A stretch of DNA of 64,000 bases, taken from Carcharhinus longimanus (lineage: Eukaryota). The notes below the pieces were generated by a model. The model was given only the letters and a program-made list of their open reading frames with translations, searched no databases and was not told the origin of the DNA. How positions within the stretch are numbered: position 1 is the first letter of the stretch; each line of letters starts with the position of its first letter. Of the stretch, positions 12,998 to 25,788 are shown in pieces. A program made the position numbers and the translations under genes. The stretch spans positions 70,508,581 through 70,572,580 of the forward strand of contig JASCQW010000032.1 of the NCBI GenBank assembly GCA_030264375.1, read 5' to 3'.

Positions 12998-15052
12998 ACT
13001 TATAGTTTTATAATTTATAATTTTAAGCTTACTGATATAGAGCAACAGATCTCTGCGTGTGCATGTATGTTACTATTATACAGACTTCATCAAGTATTTG
13101 TCACTATGATATAACTTCATAGGTGGATTCACAGGTATTACTGGAGGCACAGTATCAAAAGTAGGTTGAGTTTGCATTTTGTTTTAGTACCTGTTTGTTT
13201 AATGTGGGAATGACAGACTGGTGAACGATATTGCTGGCAGGCCAGTCCATCTGAGGAAGACAAGAATAAGTCTTGTTTGACACTCAGTAGCAAAAGAGGG
13301 AATGTGCATCAAATTGTCTCCTATGATCATTGGGAGTAGTAATGTTTTCCATGGCTCCAGAAGACCACATATTATCTGGCAAGACCAATCTTTAGATTTG
13401 GTTCTGTAAATCTCAAGATTACAAACCACAAAAACTTCAAAAAAAATCAAAGTCAGATGTCTAGCACTCAAGTTCCTATATCCCCTAAACTATCCTACAT
13501 ACAGTTGATATCGTAGATACAATTGTAGGGACCAATCCTTACAAAGTGACAATATTGACATTCAAAGAATGTCATGGAGAGAAGAAAAAGTCCTGGATGA
13601 TGGATAATGAATTAAAAGAAATCTGTGCTGTAGACCTTGCCTGCACCTGCTTTTCTGCATTGAAGATCAAAGTACTTTATTCTATAACTTCATTTTATGG
13701 AAATAAAAATATTCCTGTTTGTGCTCAAGGTTTAAAGATACAGCATGCTTTAGAAGATTTTTTAAAAATTAAATTAAGATTTATTTCCCATAATCTACTC
13801 TGCCGTTTGAGTAACCTATTCCCATATAATCTCTTTTACTCTGAATGAAGCTAAGCCTCAGGTATATGTCTGCTGTCAGTCATTGTCAGCCAACAGGCTG
13901 TGTGGTACAGAGGCAATAAATTGGACTATGACAGCTCCCCTGGTGATATTTTGTGTATCTGAGCGCATTAGTCCAAAATAACCTTCAAGTCCCCTCATTG
14001 CAATATCCAACTGGTTCNNNNNNNNNNCAAACCTCGAGTAAGTGAATTCCAACAACAGGCAATCTTTGCACCTTGAGCCTATGACCTGGAAGGGTATTCT
14101 TTGAGCTATTACATGACCGCCTCATGTCATACAATTGACCAGAGCGTAGGATCTATGACAGATTGACCAGATGATATCACTGATATTAGTCTCCAAAATT
14201 GCTGCGAATCAAATATATTTTAAAGCTTTGAGGGCAGATCATGTTTACAGTTTGTTAACTGGGAAATCGGGCTGGAGGGAGCTGCAGGTTCTGACATGAA
14301 ATTTCACTTGAAAAGACCATAACAGCAGTGCTCTATGGGAGGTGTTGCCAGTGCAATGGCTCTTTATGCCCATGTGGGATTGAGTCAGTAGGCACAACAG
14401 CTGCACCCAAATCTGGCAGCAGGCAGCCAAGTGCCGGCTGTCGCTGCTGGAGGAAATAGGGGACTAAAGTTGGTAGGTGCGGCGTAAATGTCTTTTGAAG
14501 TTTCATGTTATTTTAAGGTGTACAATGTTTCACATCATTTTCCAGAAGTTCCATTTAACAACACATGCTCGCCACATCAACATGCATTATTATGAACTGC
14601 ATCCCTGATCTGCGCGTTCTGCCAGGAAGCTGAACAAATTCATTGACAATCTGAACAGCTGCTATCATCAGCTGTTATTATTCTACATTAAGCTGCCTTT
14701 TTTTTTTGCTATTTTTGTCAATTTTAATTGTACATTGTTTGAGATGGTGCTTGGAAGTAGCAGCATAACCCAGGTAAATTTATTTGTATGCAAAAATGAG
14801 TTAGCATTGATCAAAGTGAGAATATCAAAATACCCAAAAGAAGGAACAATATAGGTTCATTCATCGATTCCAGCATCATTTCAGCCCACATTATGATCTT
14901 TTCTGAACTTTTTTATTCCCTCTTTGCTCAATGCAACCTTCCTCCCTTCCACTCCCTGTTGAGTTAAAGATCCCTTCATTTCCTATGAAAGCCTAGGTTG
15001 AATTCCTCCTGTTTGCACTTTACTCCACAAGTTTACTAAGATGTTCCTCTGT

Positions 15053-16359
15053 GGGCCCGATTTTACTATTTAGATTCTAAGTGCTGAATCTGGGCACAAT
15101 TCAGATCCAACTTGGAAAACTGCTCTCGGGCACCCGCCCTTCCCAAATACACCCTTCGCCTGAAAAAACATCACGAGTGGCAGGGCTAATCACGCCCAAA
15201 AAGCTACAAATCTCATCGGAGCTTTGAACTGCGCATGCGCAGTGAGAAAAAAATGCACGCCTGTCACATCGCTCCCAGGCCGCAAAAATCAGACAAAACA
15301 GCCCGGGAACAATGGTCCCCACAGATATCGCCCCACCCCCACAACTAAACTGTCCTGCTTATCCAGCCNNNNNNNNNNNNNNNNNNNNNNNNNNNNNNNN
15401 NNNNNNNNNNNNNNNNNNNNNNNNNNNNNNNNNNNNNNNNNNNNNNNNNNNNNNNNNNNNNNNNNNNNNNNNNNNNNNNNNNNNNNNNNNNNNNNNNNNN
15501 NNNNNNNNNNNNNNNNNNNNNNNNNNNNNNNNNNNNNNNNNNNNNNNNNNNNNNNNNNNNNNNNNNNNNNNNNNNNNNNNNNNNNNNNNNNNNNNNNNNN
15601 NNNNNNNNNNNNNNNNNNNNNNNNNNNNNNNNNNNNNNNNNNNNNNNNNNNNNNNNNNNNNNNNNNNNNNNNNNNNNNNNNNNNNNNNNNNNNNNNNNNN
15701 NNNNNNNNNNNNNNNNNNNNNNNNNNNNNNNNNNNNNNNNNNNNNNNNNNNNNNNNNNNNNNNNNNNNNNNNNNNNNNNNNNNNNNNNNNNNNNNNNNNN
15801 NNNNNNNNNNNNNNNNNNNNNNNNNNNNNNNNNNNNNNNNNNNNNNNNNNNNNNNNNNNNNNNNNNNNNNNNNNNNNNNNNNNNNNNNNNNNNNNNNNNN
15901 NNNNNNNNNNNNNNNNNNNNNNNNNNNNNNNNNNNNNNNNNNNNNNNNNNNNNNNNNNNNNNNNNNNNNNNNNNNNNNNNNNNNNNNNNNNNNNNNNNNN
16001 NNNNNNNNNNNNNNNNNNNNNNNNNNNNNNNNNNNNNNNNNNNNNNNNNNNNNNNNNNNNNNNNNNNNNNNNNNNNNNNNNNNNNNNNNNNNNNNNNNNN
16101 NNNNNNNNNNNNNNNNNNNNNNNNNNNNNNNNNNNNNNNNNNNNNNNNNNNNNNNNNNNNNNNNNNNNNNNNNNNNNNNNNNNNNNNNNNNNNNNNNNNN
16201 NNNNNNNNNNNNNNNNNNNNNNNNNNNNNNNNNNNNNNNNNNNNNNNNNNNNNNNNNNCCGAGGCTCGAAAGATCCCACCCAAGACCAACAGAGAATGCT
16301 GTTCTGTGAGCCTCACCTGCTCTGATTCCAGGATGGGCATGCCGGTAAAACTCTGGCCC
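15053..16359. mobile_element. Probable TIR DNA transposon (PIF/Harbinger-like) spanning an assembly gap
   Basis: Left end GGGCCCGATTTTAC and right end GTAAAACTCTGGCCC are imperfect inverted repeats; interior is GC/CpG-rich. About 890 N in the middle, so the two ends may belong to different copies. Confidence 0.45.
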
Positions 16360-16405
16360 TGATGTCCCAAAGTGTTTTACAATAAATGAAGTACTTCCAA
16401 TGTGT

Positions 16406-16635
16406 GAAATGAAAGGCGCAGTTCCTGAGGACCGAGGCTGCTTTCCCCTTTTGAGGGAGAACTGACTGCTAGCGATTTAACCTGAGGGTTACCGCAGCTC
16501 AAACGAGGGGCAAGGCTGACAAGGAACATTCATAGATTACCTCAGCCAGTACGGAAATTGTACCTGCGCTGTTGGTGTGTCACTCTGCATAACAAGCCAG
16601 GCACCCAGCCAACTGAACTAACCGACCGCCCCCTG
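16406..16635 (-). mobile_element. tRNA-derived SINE with 8-bp target-site duplication
   Basis: Minus strand starts GGGGCGGTCGGTTAGTTCAGTTGG (A-box-like) with a B-box-like GGTACAATTTCC. CAATGTGT is repeated at 16398-16405 and 16636-16643. Confidence 0.7.
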
Positions 16636-16662
16636 CAATGTGTAGTTACAATTGTAATGTTT

Positions 16663-16895
16663 GAAACGGAATTAACATTTCAGGTCAATTATCTTTTTCT
16701 CTGAACTAGAGATGAACGATGTTTAAACAAGTGAGGGAAATTTGTGAGCTAAGAGAGGCAAGTGAAAATTCCATCAGTGCAAACAACAGAATTTCTCAAG
16801 CTGGCCATACCGGAAACATTCAGCAGGTCAGCCAGTATTTGCAGAGAGAGAAGCAGAATTAACATTTCAGGTCGGTGACCATTCATTTGAATTGA
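16663..16895 (-). mobile_element. Two tandem family-B Penelope-like hammerhead remnants
   Basis: GAATTAACATTTCAGGTC occurs at ~16669 and ~16856. The second copy reads on minus AATT CAAATGA A TGGTC ACC GACCT GAA ATGT T AATT (16893-16857). Confidence 0.55.
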
Positions 16896-18026
16896 AAAAT
16901 GTTCTACATTGTCCTAAATTAGCACAGATAAATGAGTCATTAGTGCCATCAGGTTAACTGGTAAACTCATCCATAATGATCCTCTTGGCATCAAATTCTC
17001 CTGTAAATTCAGAGACTGGAAATCTCTGCCGTGACTGCATACTCACATATTCTCAGCAGTTCAAAGTCATTAGGGAAGTCAATAATAGCAAACAATTCCT
17101 CTTTGTATTTTTTTGTTAGTGCTGCAGGGGCATTTGGAAGCTAAGATAATGATTTGTCATCCTCAGCCTAGCAAGGGTGAGTTGAGAAATTGTTTCAGAC
17201 ATTTCTGACTGAGTGAGGCCTGTGGTTGCTATGGCAGGGTTTGAGGTGCCAGTGGCATAGAAGGTAAGTGCAGTAGATTCCTTCACGGGCACTGACAGTA
17301 AATCTGAGATGAGACTACAATTCTTAATCCATCTTAAACTATTCAGAGGTTTGTTTATTAATCCGAGGTCTGTCCAGACATTATCATGAACTAATGCTAC
17401 ATCTATAAATATGAACGGGTATGTTATTTCACTAAATTCTAGTATATGCATATATTATGGCATCCATTTATTTGAAATCAACAAAAGCATCTAAAAGAAC
17501 CGTTATTTTACATTTCCGCTCTTTATTTTCGGAATAAAGTCTTAAGTAACAAATGAGGCAGATAAGACTTCAGCACAGAATTTTGTGAACAGACTCACAT
17601 TTTGTGCCAGAGTGTCTAATGTACACAGATATAAAATGTGTTAACACTCAAAAAAAAGTCAACAGTGCAGAGCGTGCCTGAAACAACACTTGGAGCAAAA
17701 TGTCTCCAGGCATACTGGTACAGAATTAACATGTAAGTGTGAAAAATTAAATTGCATTTAGCTCATCCTTCCCTCAGCGAGTATTTCTACTGCAAAGACA
17801 TGCGCACCCTAATCACAGATTGTCCAATGAGCAGCAGCTGGGATAGTACGTAGGCAAGGCAGTATCATTTGCTTTGATTCTTCTGTTCATCCCAATTGGA
17901 GTGCACCTGCCCACACCCACCCCTGTCATTCCAGTGCCTTTGAGTGCTTTATATAAAATTGCAATTAGTTTTATGCACCCGCTCTGTAACTATGATCCCA
18001 GGCAAAACTATAGCCAGTTTTCTATT

Positions 18027-18268
18027 ATAGAATCATTAAATCTACAATGCCCATCAAGCCTGCACTGACAACAATCCCACTCAAGTCATATACCCATAAC
18101 CCCACATATTTACCCTGCTAATCCCGCTGATACTAAGGGGCAATTCAGCATGGCCAATCAACCTAACACGCGCACCTTTGGATTGTGGGGGGAAACCAGA
18201 GCACCCGGAGGAAACCCATGCAGACACGGGGAGAATGTGCAAACTCCACACAGACAGTGACCAGAGGC
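18027..18268 (-). mobile_element. HE1-type shark V-SINE (5' head lost in gap)
   Basis: GGAAACCAGAGCACCCGGAGGAAACCCATGCAGACACGGGGAGAATGTGCAAACTCCACACAGACAGT V-domain; CR1-type tail ending in ...ATTCTA. Confidence 0.85.
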
Positions 18269-19399
18269 NNNNNNNNNNNNNNNNNNNNNNNNNNNNNNNN
18301 NNNNNNNNNNNNNNNNNNNNNNNNNNNNNNNNNNNNNNNNNNNNNNNNNNNNNNNNNNNNNNNNNNNNNNNNNNNNNNNNNNNNNNNNNNNNNNNNNNNN
18401 NNNNNNNNNNNNNNNNNNNNNNNNNNNNNNNNNNNNNNNNNNNNNNNNNNNNNNNNNNNNNNNNNNNNNNNNNNNNNNNNNNNNNNNNNNNNNNNNNNNN
18501 NNNNNNNNNNNNNNNNNNNNNNNNNNNNNNNNNNNNNNNNNNNNNNNNNNNNNNNNNNNNNNNNNNNNNNNNNNNNNNNNNNNNNNNNNNNNNNNNNNNN
18601 NNNNNNNNNNNNNNNNNNNNNNNNNNNNNNNNNNNNNNNNNNNNNNNNNNNNNNNNNNNNNNNNNNNNNNNNNNNNNNNNNNNNNNNNNNNNNNNNNNNN
18701 NNNNNNNNNNNNNNNNNNNNNNNNNNNNNNNNNNNNNNNNNNNNNNNNNNNNNNNNNNNNNNNNNNNNNNNNNNNNNNNNNNNNNNNNNNNNNNNNNNNN
18801 NNNNNNNNNNNNNNNNNNNNNNNNNNNNNNNNNNNNNNNNNNNNNNNNNNNNNNNNNNNNNNNNNNNNNNNNNNNNNNNNNNNNNNNNNNNNNNNNNNNN
18901 NNNNNNNNNNNNNNNNNNNNAAGGTCAGTTACCATTAAAATTAATTTGGTTGTTTTCCAACTGAACAAAGCTGCTGGTATTAGTTCTTCTCCACCTGGAG
19001 CAATACTAATTATCCACCCTACCTTGGAGATGTTCTCACGAACTTGCTATGGATTACTTCCTCTTTCCAGTGAGGAGTTTTCAAAATGTAATTTTTCTTT
19101 CTCTGTTAATGCTTGACTGTGATTTAGAAATAGTTGAGTGATAAGTGAATTTTGTCTACCTTGAGAAGTGATGCCAATCAATTTCTCCACACAGCCCAGA
19201 AAGAAAAATGGCTTTGTTAAAAAGCACTTTTTCTGGCATCGATGTTTTTGTTCATCTGCAGACTAATTAAAAAATCCAAGATTTACGATAGCTAATGACG
19301 AAGAATGTAAAGCTGTCTTTCACTGTTTTAGTCAAAACTCCACAGTTTTGTGTCATTCTGGGAGGAGCTTTGAAGTAAAAGAAGTTCTTTGGAGACGTG

Positions 19400-19500
19400 A
19401 TGTACCCTGTTGGATAGGTCCAGGGACACCCTTGAGAAAGATTCGGTACCCTTTGAGAGAAGTAAGGTACCCTTTTGGAGATTTAAGGTGCCCTTCTGAA
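19400..19500. repeat. Degenerate ~20-22-bp tandem repeat (about 5 units, core GGTACCCTTT.GAGA)
   Basis: GTACCCTGTTGGA / ACACCCTTGAGA / GGTACCCTTTGAGA / GGTACCCTTTTGGAGA / GGTGCCCTTCTGAA. Confidence 0.65.
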
Positions 19501-19675
19501 TTATTAATAGTAGACATGAATGTGTGTAAGAAAAGGATAAACTCAATGGAGCTAAGTTATCAAGGGAATTGTCAAGGGAGCTGTCATGCTGTCATGGAAG
19601 CTGACAAATGGGATGTTAAGCCATCAAGGAAATAATCAAAGAACTATAAGGTTGTGAAGGCATTTAGATCTCCTT

Positions 19676-19802
19676 GGGCGGGACTTTCCAGCCACGCTCA
19701 CCCCAAGACAATAAAATCCCGCCTGAGGTCAATGGACCTTTACATGTTTCATGTCCCACCCGCTATGATTCCTGTGGCGAGCAGGATGGGAAAATTCTGC
19801 CC
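19676..19802 (+). mobile_element. MITE, 127 bp, 14-bp imperfect TIRs
   Basis: GGGCGGGACTTTCC ... GGAAAATTCTGCCC. Same internal sequence (AAATCCCGCCTGAGGTCAATGGAC) recurs at 35176, 37635, 43172 and 52127. Confidence 0.75.
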
Positions 19803-22800
19803 TTGTCTTTAAATTTAAAAAGCAGCAGATAGTTTAGACAAAAATCATGCTTGCTATTTCAATCTGTTTGTTGGCACATACCTGAGGGTTATCATTCTTG
19901 GATTTGTGCTACATGACTGATATCACAACCTCACAATATCTCAGTTGGGCTCATAGCTCACAGTTTGACAACTCCAAGTGGTTAAAAGTCTTTGGCGTTA
20001 GACTATGAATACAATTGCTTGTTGTTCAAAGGGGTTAAGAAGTTGAAATGTAGTGAATGGGTTTTTATCAATGAGAGTGTGTTTTTATATAGTAAATTCA
20101 TCAACACATCTTGATTTTATTTCTTCTCAACATGGGTCCTGAGTTCTGCCCATATAGGATATGAGGTGAATTGGCATGGAGGATGAAAGAGTGGTAGGTG
20201 GGCATGTGTTGACATGCGTTGGCACTAAGTTGGCATTATGGCTATAAAGGACCTAGAGAGGTGGGTAAAAGGGCATATTTGGCATAGTTAGAGCATGGGA
20301 AATGTGTTACGGAATTGGGTGTGATGGGGTGATGACTGGAGGACTGTTTTTGTTTACCAACAAACGTCTCAGCATTCAATTTCCCTTCCTTCAGGTGAGT
20401 CACCCCTCATAGAGATGAAAGGATTTGAGTTAACAGCTGAAGAATAACTGGTTGTTCCTGTGTGGAGGCTTAATATGGCCACTAGCCTTGTTAAATGACA
20501 ATCTGGTTATAAATTTACAGGGTCCACTATAAAGTGCAAAATTCCCATCCATTTGTTCAGTCAAGTGACTGCTTACAAATCACATAGCAACCTGCACACC
20601 CTAAGCTTTTAGAAATTACTGCTCTGTACACTGCATTAAGCTCCATCTTCAAAGGAGACCTCAGGAACACTGACAGCAGCATGGTTGGTGTATTCCTCAG
20701 GAATGGTCCCACTGGAAGTTGGTGGAGCAATTAACATGACGTGTTAATGGTCAGTATCAGTAAGCTCCCAATGCCCACTGACTTTTTTGCAGCTGGGTCA
20801 CCGAGGCCGGCCTTTCACCCCCAGCATGTCTTCACACACTACAGCCCCTATGCTGCCTTCGAACTGTTTCCATGGACAGCAAGCCCGAATCCCATTATCC
20901 TCCGCAAACATCCCCACACCCCAACAGAATTAAAATCTGAATTTTCCATCTAGCTTTTCATGAATCAAGTTCATGGAGCCAGGAATTCTCCCAACTTTGC
21001 ACTCCCAAACCTAGGGTAAAACTTCAGGCATTTGTGCTCTCTCTTTCCAAAAGAAAGTGTTTTTTTTTACTTAATTTTAGAGGACAAGTGCTCTCCAAAA
21101 TAGTTCTTATTGAGACTGGAGATGAGTGAAACTCCAAGCTTAAAAATAACTGTTGGCAATGTCAGAGAACAAAAATGAGGCAAAATATTAACCCATTTAT
21201 TTTAAATAGGTTAAAACATCCCTTAAAATAACAGACAAAAATGTAATATAAATGAGTTAAGCATTCATTTACGATATAGCAAATAATACTTTCTAGGCTA
21301 TATTCACAGTGAGTGGTGCTTTGAACATAACATGAATCTAAAAGAGAATGAGTGACTCTAGTCTATTTATAGCGTAGCTTCATTAAATGGTTAAAGGATG
21401 CAATAATGAGAGTATACAAGACATTACTTCAACACAAATTAATTGACAAAAGGAGAAAAGATATGTACTAATCTTTTCATGAACTAAGGTACATTTAATC
21501 ATCTATGCACTGTTGTCTGTACGTATATTAATAGATTTGCAGATAGGGTTTTTGTGTGTAAAAAATGTCATCAGCCTTTCAAGTCTGCACTTCCAGATGA
21601 CCGGAAAAGTGACCCAATATAGTTTATAACTTCAACATGCATTGTGTGAAGGAGAGGAGAAAGGAGAAATGAGAGAAAGGAAATATCTTAAACATAACTG
21701 GACCAAACCTTAAAAAAAAGGAAAGAAAATGGGAAGAGGAAAACAGGAAGAATTATAGACCCTGCAATTGTATTAGCTTGAGAAAAACTATGAAAGTTTA
21801 CTTATTCATCTATAATTCCTTTCTTGCAGAGGTACCAAACTAATTAAATTAAATGAGTCACATCTCTGCTAAAATATCAAAGCAGGAAATTTCAGAAAAT
21901 ATGATCAGCAGTTGTGGTGTAATTTCAAAGGCAAAGTGATTATTTTTATTCATAATTAATTTTTTTATGTATCTATTTTAATAATTGAGGGTTAATATTA
22001 CAATATGAAACACTACTATTTCTAACAGTTAAGTAAGTTTATTACAGCTCTGTATTTCACTGTTTTATTGTGAGAGTTGAAAACATGTCTGCTACAGGGA
22101 CACTGTCACCTCACTGGATCTGCTGGCAATTTAAGAGTTAAAGATCTGCAAAAGCGATACCTTTTTTTGCCCTGCTTTGCAAGAAATTATTAGCTGCAGT
22201 TAATGATGATTCCACTTACATGGGAGTCATATAGAAAATTTACGGACACCTAGTTCATCGATGTGTTTGGTTTAAATAACTGGTTCACTGGATTATGTGG
22301 TATGACGGCAGAGCGTCATTTTAACACTGCTTCAGTCATCAAGATAGTGGGATATTGTCAGTAAATTCTGAAAACTAGTCAATACAATACTCATTAAATT
22401 TGTCAACATGTTGACTTCTTGTGCTAGTGTATACATGATTTAAGCAAATTATGGAAACCAAGTGTATGTTTTGATTGGCGCAATCATTTATGCACCAAAT
22501 TTTGCAGAATTATATTATCAGTTGACGTTCGATAAATTTTTACTGATTTGATAATCTCTTTGCAACCTATTGAATGCAGTAGGGGGAGAATGTTGATTAT
22601 TCATACTATGCAGTGTTAAGCAAAAAAATGTTCTAGGTTGAATATAGCAAACACTTTTAGTCAAACAACAATTAGCAAAGCGAATTCCTCGGTGAATTGA
22701 AAGATCTTAGTGAGTGAACCTTGCTAAATTTTCAGTATGCAGCTTGCTCAGGACGTCAAGCCACTTTGCTTTCTTATTTAACAAAAACTTGTCAGATGTT

Positions 22801-23149
22801 AAACAAATCAGATTGAAGTGTGGTTTGAATTCATCTGGAACTTGTCAAACCTCATAGCAGTGCAGTGGTCCATTGCAGGGATCAGAAACAAAGGCAAAGG
22901 GGATGGGAAGGGAGGGCAGTGGGTTGGGGCATGTAATGAGCAGAGTGGAGATTGGGAACATAACCAAGGTTGCGGCCGATGCCTCAGGTGTGTGCCTAGG
23001 TGTATTAAGGCACTTAAAAGGAAAGATGGTGTTCTGATTTAGAACAGGAAAATGTCTTTTGAGAATCAGCAAAGTTTGAACAGAGAAGTCTCTGCCCAGA
23101 ACGCCACATGCTCATTTCATAAAATCTAAAAACCTGGCATCCTCACAGG

Positions 23150-23460
23150 CATCTGCCACTCGATCTAATGCCAGTCTATAGTATACTTAGAAACATCTGC
23201 TTCCCTGCACAAAAGGGACAGAGTGCGCTTGACAGGTCTGTGTTAGCAAGACGTGCTCTGCCAGTTTTTTTTTATGAAAAATTCTAATGCTTCCCGTCAA
23301 ACCATTAGCAATGATACAATCAGCACAGACCCATTAGAGCATCAGTATCCACCTGTGATAAAGAAAGCCATTTGTTTTCTTAAAGCTCACTTAATGTCCA
23401 TTTAACTCAATTTGTCAGGAAATGTGCTACAATTTCCTCCCAGCCTGCAATTTTGTAGTG
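23150..23460. promoter_or_regulatory. Candidate conserved non-coding element / enhancer
   Basis: Repeat-free block with TGACAG, CATTAG x2, CACCTG, TGATAA and ACAAT motifs. Conservation not verified. Confidence 0.35.
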
Positions 23461-25041
23461 TTGTTTTTTTCCAAATCAGAGGGACAGCAGAACATGAAGT
23501 CAGAAAGTGTCTGAAAGTCAGGGCTGCGCGAGGACTGTGTGGGATTGTTGACATCTGCTGAGGTGGGAGAGATCAGTAAGCAGGAAATGGGGTGTCACTC
23601 CTCGTGGTAGTTTGCCATTATCTTGGCATTTCTAATGAAGTGTCTGCAGCGCAGAGCCTCTGGATGGCATCTTAACGCACGGATAAGCAAAAGCACTTCT
23701 CCCCCTTGTCACTGTCATCCATCTGCATGCACCCCTACTGCAGCCAATGGGATGGAACCGGGCTACTACATTCAGTAAGCCATTTAGACTTTATGCATCA
23801 CATGATCGGTCACACCAAATATGAAGGAAAAAATTGTATTNNNNNNNNNNNNNNNNNNNNNNNNNNNNNNNNNNNNNNNNNNNNNNNNNNNNNNNNNNNN
23901 NNNNNNNNNNNNNNNNNNNNNNNNNNNNNNNTGAGAAATTAAATTTTAAACTCCTTTTAATGTCTTTTTGTGAGGAATTTTATGGTGACAACTAATTTTA
24001 CAAAACATGACTACCGTCTCATTTGTAGACAGAGTATTAAATTATTCAATTAATAATGCACCATAACAAAAAGTACCTTAATATTCTGTTTGAATAATTT
24101 AATGTTCAAATTTTTTTCTTTTTTTTATTTCTATTGTTGCGGCAAATCACAGTAAATAAAAATGATTAGCTAGGTGGCGCAGTTGACTCAGACCTGGGGA
24201 GCAATCCAGCCCAGGGTAAGTACATGGAAGGCTGAGTTGCTGTTATCATTCACAAGTTGACAGGAGTTTGCCACATTGTAGTCAATCTGGATTCAGGGTC
24301 AGGTTCAGGTTCAATGTGCGACTGTTGGATTCCACGCAGACAAGTGACTATTATCTTGGTAAAATGGAAGACAGCAATGAGCAACTTAATGGATACATGC
24401 CATTACTTTTGTGGCATGTAACAGCATGTGCCCAGATGCTCATACATGGTGGCACAACAACCCCCTGCCAGCACCCAGCAATGATACTCCTCTGAGTTTA
24501 TCTCTTCAAATGAATTCAAACTGATACTCAATCATCTTCCGCGCCCACTGGAACACTACTCCAGGATTGTGAGTGAAAGTTCCCAAGATTCAGTGTGAAT
24601 TAACATGTTGTGGGCAAAACGCCAAAGCACAAATTAATTGAGTATTTCATTAAGTTGTACTGTATACCAGGTTGTGAGTCTGATGAACTGGGTGAGACCT
24701 CTCAGTTACGCCCTCAAAATAAATCTCAATGGAACACTCAGTTAGCTCTCAACGGAACGGTGCTCCTTTTGGGTGTCCAGAAATTACTGACTAATTCACA
24801 TCTTCTTCAATGTGTTCCTCCATTGGTTTGGGAGTAAGAGGTGGTATGCTGGTGTACTTCAGGCAAGGGCTCTTGAAATAGTGATGGTTACTAACCTCAG
24901 TGAGCAAGCAGAGGCGTGAGGTGACTCAACTAATACCGCACCAATCTGGTGACTGCAGGACTAGCCTGAATCTGATACCCTGTGGCATCTGTGCACTCAC
25001 TCGTTGTGGCAGCAGTTACATAATCTGTTGTCAAAGAACAA

Positions 25042-25170
25042 GATGTTGGACTGGGGTAAACACAGTAAGAAGTCTCACAAAACCAGGTTAAAGTCCAACA
25101 CGACTCACNNNNNNNNNNCGCGACCAAGTAAGCCTGTTGGACTTTAACCTAGTGTTGTGAGACTTCTTAC
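25042..25170. mobile_element. Family A Penelope-like termini in inverted orientation with 13-bp TSD
   Basis: CAGTAAGAAGTCTCACAAAACCAGGTTAAAGTCCAACA, then a short gap, then its reverse complement. TGTCAAAGAACAA at 25029-25041 and 25171-25183. Confidence 0.75.
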
Positions 25171-25310
25171 TGTCAAAGAACAACACAGGACACGAACAGG
25201 CCCTTCAGCTCACCAAGCCTATGCTGACACATGACATCTTTCTAAACTAAAGACCTGTTGCCTCTACAGGTTCCATTTCCGTCTATTCCCTGATCATTCA
25301 TGTATCATCC
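25171..25310 (-). mobile_element. CR1-type LINE 3' end
   Basis: AAAGAACAA tail followed by ACAGGCCCTTCAGCTCACCAAGCCT, the reverse complement of a CR1 3' stem-loop/tail. Confidence 0.55.
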
Positions 25311-25726
25311 AAAGAAACAGCAATACCATCCTTAACCATTCAATGTCTGCCTTATGACTCAACCTGCCCACTGATCTGGATGGTTTGTGTTTATCTAGAG
25401 AAAACAGAGAAAAACAAAGCATGGAACCATCTTTAACAGCAATTTGTTCAAATTGTATTTCACACAATGGCACAAAACTGTCCCAAGCAGGCTTCTGAAA
25501 ATGTGTAAGATAATGGACATTGTCTGGTCCTCCTCCTTTGCTGTTTTTCACCCTCTTGGTTATGAGTATTAAAGAGTTGAAAATTTATTATTGGGAAAAG
25601 GCCACTCAGGCATAATAACAGTATTACATGTCTACATTGACACAGGGATAATCAGGAAGAACAGTATTTCAAAATGTCAGGAAAGGAAGTGTTAATGCAT
25701 AATTGAAATACTATGAAGTCTTCCCT

Positions 25727-25788
25727 GGGCAAGATTTTCCAGCCACGCTCGGCTGAAGACTGATGGGCAGGTCAGGAAAATTCCTCCC
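25727..25788 (+). mobile_element. 62-bp deletion derivative of the MITE family
   Basis: GGGCAAGATTTTCCAGCCACGCTC...GGAAAATTCCTCCC; both TIRs retained. Confidence 0.6.

Noticed and set aside
15224-16370. Long ORFs of 250-360 aa in the ORF track (also 18081-19116, 41130-42214; shorter at 8391-8906)
   Set aside because: They are open only because they read through N runs.
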